From: Octopus bimaculoides
Lineage: Eukaryota
Reading direction: 5' to 3'
Length of the DNA stretch: 64,000 bases
Assembly: GCF_001194135.2 (NCBI RefSeq)
Contig: NC_068984.1
Location: 66,041,601 to 66,105,600 of the forward strand
In this document: one piece after another, positions 41,611-53,582 of the stretch
How the letters are laid out: each line of letters opens with the position of its first letter
Numbering within the stretch: the stretch's first letter is position 1
Made by a program: the position numbers and the translations under genes
The notes under the pieces: generated by a model
Database searches by the model: none
What the model saw: only the letters and a program-made list of their open reading frames with translations
Told to the model about the DNA's origin: nothing

Positions 41611-41990
41611 TGATAAAAATACAGGAAGTATGAGTGGTGAACATATTTATTTAACCACTTGTCATCCTTATGATTATGGCCATTTTGCAGCCTTCATCAT
41701 GTAATAATAATTTCAGGGTATAATAAATAATTTCAATTCTTAGTTGAAGATTTTGTACAACTATGATGTTCTCGTAATCTGATGAGCTAGCTTTATTTAT
41801 CTTCACCAAGATGTAAATATAGAATTGCACTGGATAATGTATAGCATGCATTGTATTAGTGCAGACATGTAAGAATTTATTACACACTGAAATTATTATT
41901 GCAAGGTGAAGGCTGCAAAATGACTAATCATAATGATGACAAGTGGTTAAATAGATATCTTCACTACTCATACCTCCTACTTTTTATGAT
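41611..41990. mobile_element. Foldback / long-TIR non-autonomous element
   Basis: Imperfect inverted arms of roughly 120 bp (…TTTAACCACTTGTCATC…CATTTTGCAGCCTTCA… versus …TGAAGGCTGCAAAATG…GATGACAAGTGGTTAAA…) around a spacer; no clear TSD. Confidence 0.7.
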
Positions 41991-41994
41991 ATAT

Positions 41995-42043
<49 letters not shown>

Positions 42044-42047
<4 letters not shown>

Positions 42048-43294
42048 AGGGTAAGTAAAAAATTATATACAGTCTTGTTTCTGTAATTAAAAACAAAAGC
42101 AAGGATTGAACAAATATATCCTTTATTGACATAGTCCCCTTGCCTTTCAATTCACTACTTCCAGTGGTTCACAAGCTTGCTATTCCATTGGAGAAAAAGG
42201 TTCCCAGCTGGTTATACAGCCATTTATGTACCACTTCCTTTGCTTCTTCATCTGTAGCAAATCAACAACCTTGCAAAGGATGTCTGAAGAGTCCAAAATG
42301 ATGATAGTCAGAAGCCGTGACACTTGGATTGTATGAGAGTATTCCAGCAACTTGAAACTCAATTTTTCAATGGTGTGGGTGACCATTTGTAGGTATGCAT
42401 TGTCATACCACAATAACACTTGCTTTACAATAGACCCTGGCATGTAGTACAAATTGCTGATTTCAGTTTCTGGACCAGCATTTCATTTTAGCCAACACTG
42501 GTGACTGCAGACCCCTTTTCCAGGTAATGTTTCAAAATAGGCCCTTTTGTGCCCCACCTCAATGGTTAGCATAAATTTTTCTGGAGAAGCTTGAGTCCTG
42601 AATTTCTTTTTCATGGGTGATTCCAGATGTTTCCATTTCATATTCTACCTTTTGAGTTCTAGTTCGAAATAATGGATCCAGATCTCATCTTCTGTGACTT
42701 TTCTCTCCACAAAATCTTCACCTTCATCATTGTAGCTGTTGACTAAGCATTATCAGATCTCCACATAATTGCGCTTTTGGTTTGGTAAGCTTTCTTGGCA
42801 CCCATCATGCACAGACTTTATGGAAGTAAAGCTTGACATAGATAATTTTGTATGCAGTACCATGACTATTGTGCAGAATACATGTCATCTCATCGAGAGT
42901 CACTCATATGCTTGGCTGAACCATCTCTTCAGCTAGATGAATCTTCCAGTCAACGGTAGAGGCTGATGGGCATCCTGTTCTATACTGGTCTGACCATTTT
43001 TAAACATTTTGATTCACTCATACAGACATCCATGCAGTAGGGCATTGTCCTTGTATTGTACTAAAAGCTTGTGATGAATTTCAGTCCCTGACATATCTTC
43101 AGACCACAGAAATCAGATCACTGATCTCTGTACTTCCTTATTTTGTAACACAAGAGAGAAAACTAGAGTGATCAATGTCAAACCTTAGTAATGTAACCAT
43201 AATCGTAACACTTTTTAATACATGACTACTAAAATCAATACTGCCAACCGAAAGTTTTGACGAATGTGCAGATAATTTTTTACTTAACCTTGTG
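42044..43294 (-). mobile_element. Near full-length mariner element, transposase pseudogene
   Basis: TIRs CACAAGGGTAAGTAAAAAATTAT / ATAATTTTTTACTTAACCTTGTG|TA; about 1.25 kb; MFKNGQTS…, VTEDEIWIHYF…MKWKH..SP.KKKF, DNA motif; multiple stops and frameshifts. Confidence 0.9.
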
Positions 43295-43303
43295 TATGTA
43301 CAT

Positions 43304-43348
<45 letters not shown>

Positions 43349-44339
43349 TGTGCTTATATGTGTGTGCGTGTGTCTGTTTGTGGTTCAAAATGTTTAAAAA
43401 ACAAAGAAAAGACAGAGACAAGTGAGAAAACAACAAACAAGGTGTATTAGTTTGATGCTCAGAAAAAGTGAAAGAATTCTTTGATTTTTAAGGCCTATGC
43501 TCTCATACAGAAAGGAATGAGAAGAGAAAATAAATTGAGATAGAAAATACACTAATAAAGACATATGAACTCAGCTCCCTGGTGGCATACTCCACAAAAC
43601 AGCACATATTTGGGAGCTTTTCTATGCTAATTTAGTTCACTAGCCTGTAATATAGATTTGTACCATCCTATAACATTTTTAATTGTTACAACCAGTAAAA
43701 TGCAATTTAAGAAGTATAACAATAGAAATAGATGTATAAAGAACAAACAAGCTTGAGAATTATATTAAGTTATATATATTATGGTTGGAGAATTATATTT
43801 AACCTATTCAGAAATTCAATAACAAACAATGCGAATAATTAACATTTTATGATAATTTCCTCATATTGACTCCATTCTTGAAGAAGTGAACTACTCCTTT
43901 CTATCATGAGCCAGTTTAAGTTTTCTTTCAGATGAATTTTAAAAGTAAACTTATATTTTGTGAAGAGTAATGATATTTTTTTGAATCAATGTCGGGAAAG
44001 TTATACATATTTACATTAAAATAGAAAGGTAGTAAAACAAGATCAACAGTGAGTAAAGTGAAATAAATCAATAACCAGAACAGCAAAGACCTATGGACTC
44101 CAGCAAAAATGTAAGAAAAGGTGTAGAAAATTTTTGATTCAAAATGACTGTAAAGATGTTTTAGATTGGACAAATCACTAAAAATCAGCAGTGTTCAGGC
44201 TCCAGAAGATCATAGGAAGTTTTAACAAGACAAATTTTTGCATGATAAATTTTATTCATATGATATACATATATGCATATATATATGTGTGTGTGTATGT
44301 GTGTGTGTGTGCATGTGTGTGTGTGTGTGTGCACGCACA

Positions 44340-44600
44340 TGACTTAGTGGTTAAGATGTTGCACTCATTATTGCAAAATCGTGGGTTCAATTCCCAGACT
44401 GGGCATTGCGTTGTGTTCTTGAGCAAAGCACTTCATTTCCCATTGCTCTGCAATCATTTTGACATCTGACACGTGGCACCCATTGCACCTGTGCAGGTAA
44501 TGTCAATCTGATGGAGGGAGTGAGCTTATGTTTGCAAAAACATTTGATCACCATAAACAAATCATCTGTGTGGTTGTTCGATAAGAAAACCCTCATATGT
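44340..44600 (+). mobile_element. tRNA-derived SINE (TTGAGCAA-domain family)
   Basis: TAGTGGTTAAG…GGGTTCAATTCCCAGAC…GTGTTCTTGAGCAAAGCACTT. Confidence 0.8.
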
Positions 44601-44708
44601 TGTCTAATGACAGGATAGTCCATTATATATGTATAAATATAAGAACCATATATACATACATATGCATAAATATAAGACCCATATATATATAAATATATAT
44701 ATGTATGT

Positions 44709-44742
<34 letters not shown>

Positions 44743-47700
44743 AATACACGCATAAACACACACACACATGTGCGTGCACAAGTGATGCAGTGCAGAGTGT
44801 GCAGACTGCATAGGGTGATCACTTTGTAGAGGGGACAAACGTAATGTTGAAAGTATGTTACATTTAAAGAAGGAGGCAGCTAATTTCACTACTGCATAGG
44901 CCGGCCTAAACCCAGACTATGCCACTAATACAGACATACATACAGTTTGCAGTTGCATAGTATGTGTACACATGAAAAACTAACAAGCAGCACATAAACA
45001 ATAATACATTCGAGGTAGAGTATACACACACACACACACACACACAAAGTGCTTAAAAAATATTCATGCAATTTATTCAAAAGTTTGAAATGTTTGTGTT
45101 ATTTCGCAAAGTCTTGAAATGAATGTGGATGTTATTTTAATATTTGATATGTGTGATTTATATTTCCAATGAAATTATTTTTGCTGAGAATAATTTGTGT
45201 GAAAACATGCCTGTTAATTGTTGATAATTCAGTTTTCTTGAATCAAACACCTTAATGAATGTATAATGAATTACATAAGCAATAGTATTTAAGTAGTGTA
45301 TCTCAAAATATATAAAGTAAGCTTTTGATATTTGATATTTGATCATAAGTACATGTCTCTATGAGTGTGAATATAATATACTGCATTTGCACAATATTTT
45401 ATGATTTAATTTAAGCTAAACTAAAATAAAATGTAACATTACCTATCAAATAGCACTCGGTCAGAAAAATAAAAAAAAGAACAAAATGAAGAGGTATTGA
45501 TTTCTTTGTTCATTTCCAGGGTAGAATTATAAGATTGTAAACATTACTCTTGGGAAATGATTTCATATTTCTTCTAAAGATTTCTGTCTAAAATATGACA
45601 AATTCCATAACATAACAAAACGCAAGTAGAAAGAGTGAATTTTTTCTCTCTTTCACTCTAATTTTATATTGATTTATCATATTTTTATAATTTTGTTTAG
45701 TTTTTCATTACTGTAGATGGAATATTCTGATTTCTAATATTATCTAAGAGGACTGGAAGTAGTATTAAGCATAAAATGCTTAATACTAAATTATAAAATC
45801 ACCTTCTCTTCTTGAAATAGCCAAATGATCTGATAAATTTAATCAGGTTTCTAAGTGGTACAACAGAGAAACATGTCTTTGCATTTTCAAACTGCCAAGA
45901 TATGTGAATATCCAAATATTTAATTTTTTTTTTTTTTTCAAACTTTCATTGCTTTATTGAATTAAAGATCCTTATACAAAAATATATGTACAGTTACAAA
46001 TACATACACGAAAATTAACACAAATATTAGGCAACTTTACATAAAGAACACTTATATAAAGGTATGGATACACACTTTTGTATGCATAGTTTATTATAGC
46101 AACAAACATGTATAACATGCATATTTTTTGTGTTTAAAACAAGATCAACCCACCTAATCAATTTTAACTGCCAATTTTACAATAGTTTACTGGCATTTTT
46201 ACACATGTTTGATAATTTAAAAGAAAAAGTAATTCATAGCCCACGTTTCAAATGATATCCACTCACTTTCTTAGAAATACTATAAATATTCACACATTGA
46301 AAAGTATAGTAATGTTGGGACTGCATTTTAGTAATAAAGAAAGATGCAGCAGCTAAATTTATTGTTTTATGTATACATTTTTAATAAAAAATATATACTC
46401 AACATAACAGGTTACAATCCTATGACTAATAATTGCATCATCTCTCTATATACATATATTTTGATTTTAAGATTTTCTGAAATCCTTTATACAATATGAA
46501 GCTGATTCATTCATCTCCTTGTAGTTATTAAAAGGCAAGGTTCATTCTGGTGAGGTTTGATCTTGGACCAAAACAAAACGAAATACCTTAAAGAATATAA
46601 TCTAGTGTTCTATCATTTAATCTCCATTTTCATATATACAATAAGTGAAAACTAATGATGGTACAAGATTTAAGTAATGAACCAAAACTAATATGGATAC
46701 ACAATATATGTGCAAAAGAAGATGAAACTGGATAAATAATGATATATATCTATCTATCTATCTATACATACATACATACATAAATATACACACACACAAA
46801 CACATTTTTTAAAATATAGTTGAAAAGACCACCTGACACTTGTCAAAATGTCAAGATGCTTACAAAGAATTAAAACTAAACCCAAATAGCACGCAATGTC
46901 TACATCAAAAAACAGATGCACACATGAGATTGATAATACTAGCCTTTAAAATATCACCAGAGAAAATGTCACATGCATCAGCACTAAATACAACCTACAA
47001 TTAATAATATATTAAGAAAATAATAACAGAGTAACAACAATGACGGTCTGATTAAGCAAACCAATGTATTATATAAATTTATATGTCCACATAATTATTA
47101 CAAATGTCACAATATATTGACAATTTATAAAGCTACACAAAAAGATGATGAAATATGTGTGAATTTGGCTTTGTGTACACACACATACACCCTACTCCAC
47201 ATATATATATATATGACTGATCACATTGACATTGCTAAATTTTATCATAGGCCATTCTTATTTTCAAACAGCCAAATTGATTTAATATAGATACTATTTT
47301 ATGTGTGCTAAAAGGAGACACAGATTAACTTTAGTCAACAATTTCATAGTAGCCATGTATAAATATACTACTACAATGTTAATGTAAAATTTAAAAAGGA
47401 AAACAAAGTTTAACAATAATAGGGAAATATAGATAACTGTTATAAAACAATATTGGTGTCAATATCTTAAATACTTGTGTTATGAAAGATATCCATAAAA
47501 AAGATTTTAGTTTTTTTAAGACTTTTCATGCTTTACAGTAATTAGCAAATCATGTGGATACAAAGTCTTTTTTTTTATATATATATATAAGAAGCCTTTC
47601 AATGAATCAGAGGGACATTTCAAATCTATGCTTAAATTTGTTGAATGTTTTATTACTTGACGACTTTTGTTTGTTAGTTCAAGAAAGTTTGCTGTCTTGT

Positions 47701-48524
47701 TCAATGTTTAATAACAAACATTTTTTAATTAGGTTAGATGTCTATGGTACAGACATATTACATATAAATGTACTAATGATTGAATGAAGGTTTCTTATTG
47801 AGCATCAAATACAAATATTATTTAGAAGCATTGATATAGTATGCAAACTATGTAATAAATGAGATAATGATAAAATAATAAATGTTTATATATGTCTGTG
47901 TATAAATGTAAATAATAAGAATATAGGGAATTATAAATAATTCGAACCTATACAAACAATTGATTTGTGGCTATATTTCATTATTATTTCATTGGAATAA
48001 AAACAACTTGTGAAGTGTACATAAAGTGTATCAAGTACTCTAAGTTGAATACATAATTATAAATTCAATACCCAATATTAAACATATCTATAATCAAAAA
48101 ATAAGCTCTAGAGTAAACAAAGTTACACTGATATGTTAATCTTAATGTAAATGTATCCTGCTAAAATATATCAAGTTACTGATAATGTAAATGAGAAAAA
48201 GAAAAAGATTGTAGTAATAGCAGTGTGTGCATATATATGTATGTGTGTATAAGTATGTGTATGCATGTATGTGTGTATATGTGTATGTATGTGCATGTGT
48301 GTACATATTGAGAGATACATGTAATACACACACACACGCATACATACACATGAATTAATATAAATAAAAATACAAGAAAATATTGATGAAAAGAAAGCAG
48401 GAGTAGATTGTATGCAAATACTTATTTATGGTCGGGACATATAATTGTAAACCCAATGGAAATTAATATTTCAAACAATATACTTTATAATATTAAAAAA
48501 AAAAACACCACACATAGATGCAGG

Positions 48525-48930
48525 TGTGGCTTACATGCACAGAAATGGCTGAGTGGTTAAGAAACTTACTCCCCAGTTATGCAGTCTGAGGTTCAGTCCC
48601 ACTGCAAGGTATCTTGGATAAGTCTCTTCAAATACAGCCCTGGTTTAAATAAAACTTTGTAAGTGGATGTAGTTGACAGAAACTGAAAGCCACCTATCAT
48701 ATATATGTATATGTGTAGCATTGTCTCGACATCACATGATGGTTGTAAACAAGCATCCCCATACTGCATGTGATGTTCATTTCCAGTCTTCCATGGAAAA
48801 CATATCTAGCCATGAGAAATATTAGCCTGCTTGGAAATAGGAGAGGACTGGCAACAGGTAGGGCATCCAACTGTAAAGATTTGTCTCAATAAATTCCACC
48901 TGGTAAGATGCTGATGAACATCAAAACAGA
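48525..48930 (+). mobile_element. SINE with family-A head and a different 3' part
   Basis: Head GGCTGAGTGGTTAAG…GGTTCAGTCCCACTG; after the TA repeat the body diverges and includes an RTE-tail-like GGGCATCCAACTGTA. Confidence 0.7.
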
Positions 48931-49011
48931 TGGCAATGCCCATCCCCCATTACAGGGCCACCAAAACTGGCAGGAGGAAGAATGTGTCCTCAAACTGATA
49001 GCTTTGCTTAA

Positions 49012-49219
49012 CCCTTTTGACACTGTCCTTGAGCTTTTGAAATAAAATTCCTGTCTTGGAATCATTTAAATTAAAATCTTCCATCAAAACTTCATGTTAA
49101 TTCACTTCCCAAATACCAGCTTAACAATGACTAAATTATTTTAATAAATTCTTCATTATGTTAAGAATCAAATGAAACAAAGGCAGCACATTTCAAGAGA
49201 AATTTAGTAACAAAAGGGT
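49012..49219. mobile_element. piggyBac-type MITE (same family as 31433-31652)
   Basis: TTAA|CCCTTTTGACACT … AGTAACAAAAGGG|TTAA. Confidence 0.8.
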
Positions 49220-49497
49220 TAAATACATGCAACATGGTGGACTCTGCTAATGGAACCCAAGATGCCAATGGTTGAAATTAAACTGAGCAGCAGTTTAAGT
49301 TTACTACACAAAATGACTATATAGATTCTAATTTTTTTTCATGTTAATAACTTGCAAAGAGTAGTTTGAAATGTAAGCATGAAAGAAATTAAATGAAATC
49401 ACTAGAAATGTTATTTCCTAGATCAGAAAGAACTATTTCATTTAAAGAGATACTAATCAGTTCTTTTTTTTTTTGTTTGCGGTGACCAGTGTCTTAA

Positions 49498-49703
49498 CCC
49501 TTTAGCATTCAGATTACTCTATCAAATGTAATGCTTATTTACTCAAATTGTTTTGAATTAATAATGCATTATCTAATAGTTTCAAGATTTTGATGATGTG
49601 ATTGCGTATTTTTAGGGCAAGTGTGAGAGGCAAGATCAGGAGAGTTGAACATAAAACAGGTAGAATATTTGAGGTAGATATGGTCGGTTTAAATACGAAA
49701 AGG
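49498..49703. mobile_element. piggyBac-type MITE (same family as 9074-9265)
   Basis: TTAA|CCCTTTAGCATT … AATACGAAAAGG|TTAA; right TIR degenerate. Confidence 0.7.
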
Positions 49704-49721
49704 TTAAATAGGTGGTTAAAT

Positions 49722-49840
49722 AGGCTCCAATCTAATTAGATTGGAGCCTGGTGTTGCCATCCAGTTTCACCAGTCCTCAGTCAAATCGTCCAACCCATGC
49801 TAGCATGGAAAGCAGACGTTAAACGACGACGATGATGATG
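49722..49840 (+). mobile_element. Short RTE-type 3'-end insertion with AAATAG TSD and palindromic 5' junction
   Basis: CCAACCCATGCTAGCATGGAAAGCAGACGTTAAACGACGACGATGATG; AAATAG at 49718-49723 and 49841-49846. Confidence 0.8.
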
Positions 49841-50278
49841 AAATAGATGATTTTCTTTTTTCCATTTTGAAAAGTTTGGAAGTGGGGATGTGTATTAGCA
49901 ATTTACTCAGACTTATTGAACACCATGTTCTACACAAGTCAAGAATAATTTATGACCTCAGATAGTTAATGCATATTCCTATATTTTGAAAATTCTGTTA
50001 AATATGTAAGACTAATGTTTCCTATATGATGTATTTTCCTATATAGTTGTAATGATCTATCTTAGAGACATATTAAAAATATCCAATAGTTATCATATTA
50101 AATATTTCCTAGAGCCATATTAAACATTACCTAATATTATATTATATATTTCCTATAATTACATGTAACATTTCTTAGCATATTCATATAATGAATTTTG
50201 GGCAACAAAAATGAAATGAATCACTGAAGCCTTTCAAATAAAGCATTGCAAAAGAATGTAATTGATAAAACACTGTCT

Positions 50279-50401
50279 TTATAATTCATAACTATACAAC
50301 GGAAAAAATACAATGAACAAAGCAGAAATGGGTATATTTTGCAAAGTGTAAATCCAGGCCATATCAAATTTGTTAGCAGCTTCAAGAAAACGAAGAAATG
50401 G
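50279..50401 (-). CDS. Putative exon, chain 1, end of RGS-like domain (PFLRFLEAANKFDMAWIYTLQNIPISALFI…)
   Basis: Acceptor cttattcattcag|CCA, phase 0. Either spliced at ATT|GTATTT (end 50312) or terminal, with TAA at 50279-50281. Confidence 0.5.
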   Translation of the reverse strand, partial: PFLRFLEAANKFDMAWIYTLQNIPISALFIVFFPLYSYEL

Positions 50402-50626
50402 CTGAATGAATAAGTGCAAGAGTGAGCAGAAATCTTTCAGTAGTCACAAAAGCAACGTATTCAGAATAGACACTTGGGAGAATAGGCATTGTAATTAGCT
50501 GCTGGTTCTAATAAAAGCTTTTATCGATGAAACCCTAATCCCAATTAAGGATGCATAGAAATACAAAATATCATTACAGGACGTAGACTGATAAGATTAT
50601 GTATAAATTATGAGAGTACTGCTCAC

Positions 50627-50693
50627 ATCCATCATCGTATAAAACACTGTCAATTGGACTCTTTGAAATATGTCCGTTTCGAAAATGAACATG
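50627..50693 (-). CDS. Putative exon, chain 1 (D-MFIFETDIFQRVQLTVFYTMMD), RGS-like final helices
   Basis: Acceptor ttttgttag|C, donor GAT|GTGAGC, CpG-containing; 225-nt intron to the next exon; matches the RGS pattern lF..aq..V...M....prFl. Confidence 0.55.
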
Positions 50694-51672
50694 CTAACAA
50701 AATTAATAGTGATGATGATCACAGGAAGTAAAATATTTGAAGCAACAGTACTTAATTTACAGGATATATGTTACAGAATTTATGAGTAAATATATTATTA
50801 CACATATGTCGATTATTAGGAGTATACATATTCAATTCAGAAACTTCATTGTAATATTTACTGAGATACATTTTCAGAAATAATCTCAACAGAAGAAAAT
50901 AAATCCTGAAGCAGCTCTTAAATGTTAATAGATACATTGTTTCTAAAGTAATATATTGAAAAGATAAAATGTATCAAATACATCTAATTTGAAAATTTTA
51001 TAGAATAGAAACTGCAAATTTTCAAATTTCACTGCTCTGAAATTGGTTAAAATTGTTGCCACAAATATCTGAAGTTAACTTTAAATAGATGGAAGTATGT
51101 CAAAGTAATGACTGTATAATATTTAAATACTAAATCAGATACCTAGAAAATTTCATTCCATTATTTATTAGGTTATACATAAACATAAAATGAGGAAATG
51201 TTCATACTTAATTCTTTTTCATGCCTTTCATTCATTTCTTACTACTAGTAGTAATCTACAGCTCACAGCATATAATTATTTTCATTATAGTTTTACTATT
51301 GTTTATTCAGCAGTAAGACTTTTTACAGCATCATAAAATTGCTAAATTAATACATTCTACAGAAATAAAAATAAAGCCTATCATGAATGAGTTTTTCAAA
51401 AGAGGGTGAAAGGTTAAGATGAAAGCAACATATGGCATTATATGCAACTATACAATTGACCAGGTTACTGGAAGAAAAAGAAAGTCACAGGGTGAGCGAA
51501 TGATATAACATTAAAATATATTATAAGCTTATTAAAAGTGTATCTGTATGTGCCAGATGCACAAAATCTCAAAGAAACAGTGTATTTCCTTTGAGCATTA
51601 GCAGTAAAATTTAAACAACTCCAAAGGAAATTGAAATTAAGGTAAACTCTCCATTTCAGGCAAATTTTGTGT

Positions 51673-52020
51673 CATCATCATCATCATCATCATCATCATC
51701 GTTTAACGTCCGCTTTCCATGCTAGCATGGGTTGGACGATTTGACTGAGGACTGGTGAAACAGGTGGCTACAACAGGCTCCAATCCGACTTGGCAGAGCT
51801 TCTACAGCTGGATGCCCTTCCTAACACCAACCACTCTGAGGGTGTATTGGGTGTTTTTACATGCCACCGGCATGAAGGCCAGTTAGGCGGAACTGGCAAC
51901 GGCCATGCTCGAAATGGTGTATTTTATGTGCCAGTCCAGTGGCACTGGCAACGTTTTCGCTCGAATGTCTTTTCACATGCCACTGGCACAAGTGCCAGGT
52001 AGGCGACGTTGGTAACGATC
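51673..52020 (-). mobile_element. RTE-type 3'-end element, young
   Basis: (CAT)n GTTTAACGTCCGCTTTCCATGCTAGCATGG…; CpG-rich; three degenerate internal tandem units. Confidence 0.85.
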
Positions 52021-52508
52021 TTCATAGAAAAGTATGGAATGCCCAGACAAGCTTAAATAAGGTGCATTACAACTTAGGAGTTAGTACACAGAGTTATGAA
52101 TGTTAAGTGATTAGTAACATAATAGTAAAATTATGAGTGCCAACAATTATACATAAATATCATCTCATTCATGACAGAATAGGAAACTATATAGAAACAG
52201 GTGAGATAAGTGTTTGTATATAAAACAAAAACATTTGCAACAAGTTAGTTTAGTGTGACATTAAAAATTCAATGTTTCAGATTTCTTCAGGGCAAAAGAA
52301 AATATAGAGGCCAATAGAGCAGTTGCTAAAAAGTGAAAGATAATATAAGAGAACACATTAGATTTTAAATTCACAATACATGAAGAATCCATCCATATGA
52401 CAACTACACTCATTATTCAACTCAAATTACACATTCAGTTTATAGATGAAATAGCTGTTTTCATCCCATATTGTTTTATCTAATGACAAACCAGTGTTAT
52501 TTGCTTAC

Positions 52509-52570
52509 TCCTTTGGTTTGGATTGAGATATCTGAGGGTAATATTCTGGCACAAAGTTAACTGAAGATCC
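52509..52570 (-). CDS. Putative exon, chain 1 (GSSVNFVPEYYPQISQSKPK)
   Basis: Acceptor attgttatag|G, donor GA|GTAAGC; phase 0 to 2 fits both neighbours; SVNF lies where RGS domains have vNi. Confidence 0.55.
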
Positions 52571-53552
52571 CTATAACAATCAATTCAGTTTTGTATTGAA
52601 CAAAAGCATACAAATATGAGTTCCTATTCTCTGTACACAAATATTTATATGTGAAGTGACCAGGAAATTAAAAAAAACATAAGGTAAGGATAAATGAACA
52701 GTGTGCAAAGAAAGAAGTATCAAGTGTAATAATCTATAGTCAAAACTTCAATAAATGTCTTCATTTCCCATTTCAAACATGCAGGTCTATATTTGATGCA
52801 TATCATTTCAATGCAATTTTGAAATTTTCCTTTTATCACTTCAAGAATATTGGTTATCATTATTCTTTTTTTTTATATCATTTCTATCTTTTCATTTTAC
52901 CTTTATTAGTCCAAACTAATAGGAATGCTATATCAATGATCGAAGTCCACATTCTTTTAAACCAAAATGTCATGTGGTGTGTTTCACAATCTTAGTGAAT
53001 CAAGATTTTGCATTTTTCATTCTATCATGATAGATAAGATATAAAGTTAAGTCCTCTTTAAATCTCAACACTAGGCAGATTCTCCTATCAAGTAGTCAAA
53101 AACTCAATTTAATTGTATAAAGAGTATAGACATTACATTTCAACCTAACCAATTATCATAATCTGTAGTAATAAACATTTAATAGTATTAAATAAGAGAG
53201 AAAACAGATACTGCTTCGGGTTTACTGACATTAGATTTTGCAATTATATATGTTTTACACATTCATTTTAATGTTTCAAATATATAATTCTTTTATCTTT
53301 CTATAACATTTTGATGTTTATCGCAATAAGAAATTCATTCCAACTAGTAAAGTTTTGCTTTGAAAAGATACTACTAAAATAGGTCTTAAGCTTTCATTGT
53401 TTCTTTTGAAATGAATATTAATACAAATGATGGGAGAAAAATGTAATTCTCATAAATACAATGCAGAATACTAGACCATGATAGGATTTTAAGCCCCACT
53501 CAATGCTCTATAACGAACAATTAATAGTTACTTCTACCCCTTACACACTCAC

Positions 53553-53582
53553 TTCCATAAAAGGAAAGAGAAAACAACTATT
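53553..53582 (-). CDS. Putative 30-nt microexon, chain 1 (NSCFLFPFME)
   Basis: Acceptor cttactgctgtccatcttgtag|A, perfect donor GAA|GTGAGT, phase 0-0. Confidence 0.45.

Noticed and set aside
41779-41785. CTGATGA hammerhead-like core in the foldback spacer
   Set aside because: No stem II or GAAA follows.
43470-43515. Possible second Penelope-type hammerhead relic on the minus strand
   Set aside because: Both core motifs are altered (CTGTATGA, no GAAA); too decayed to support.
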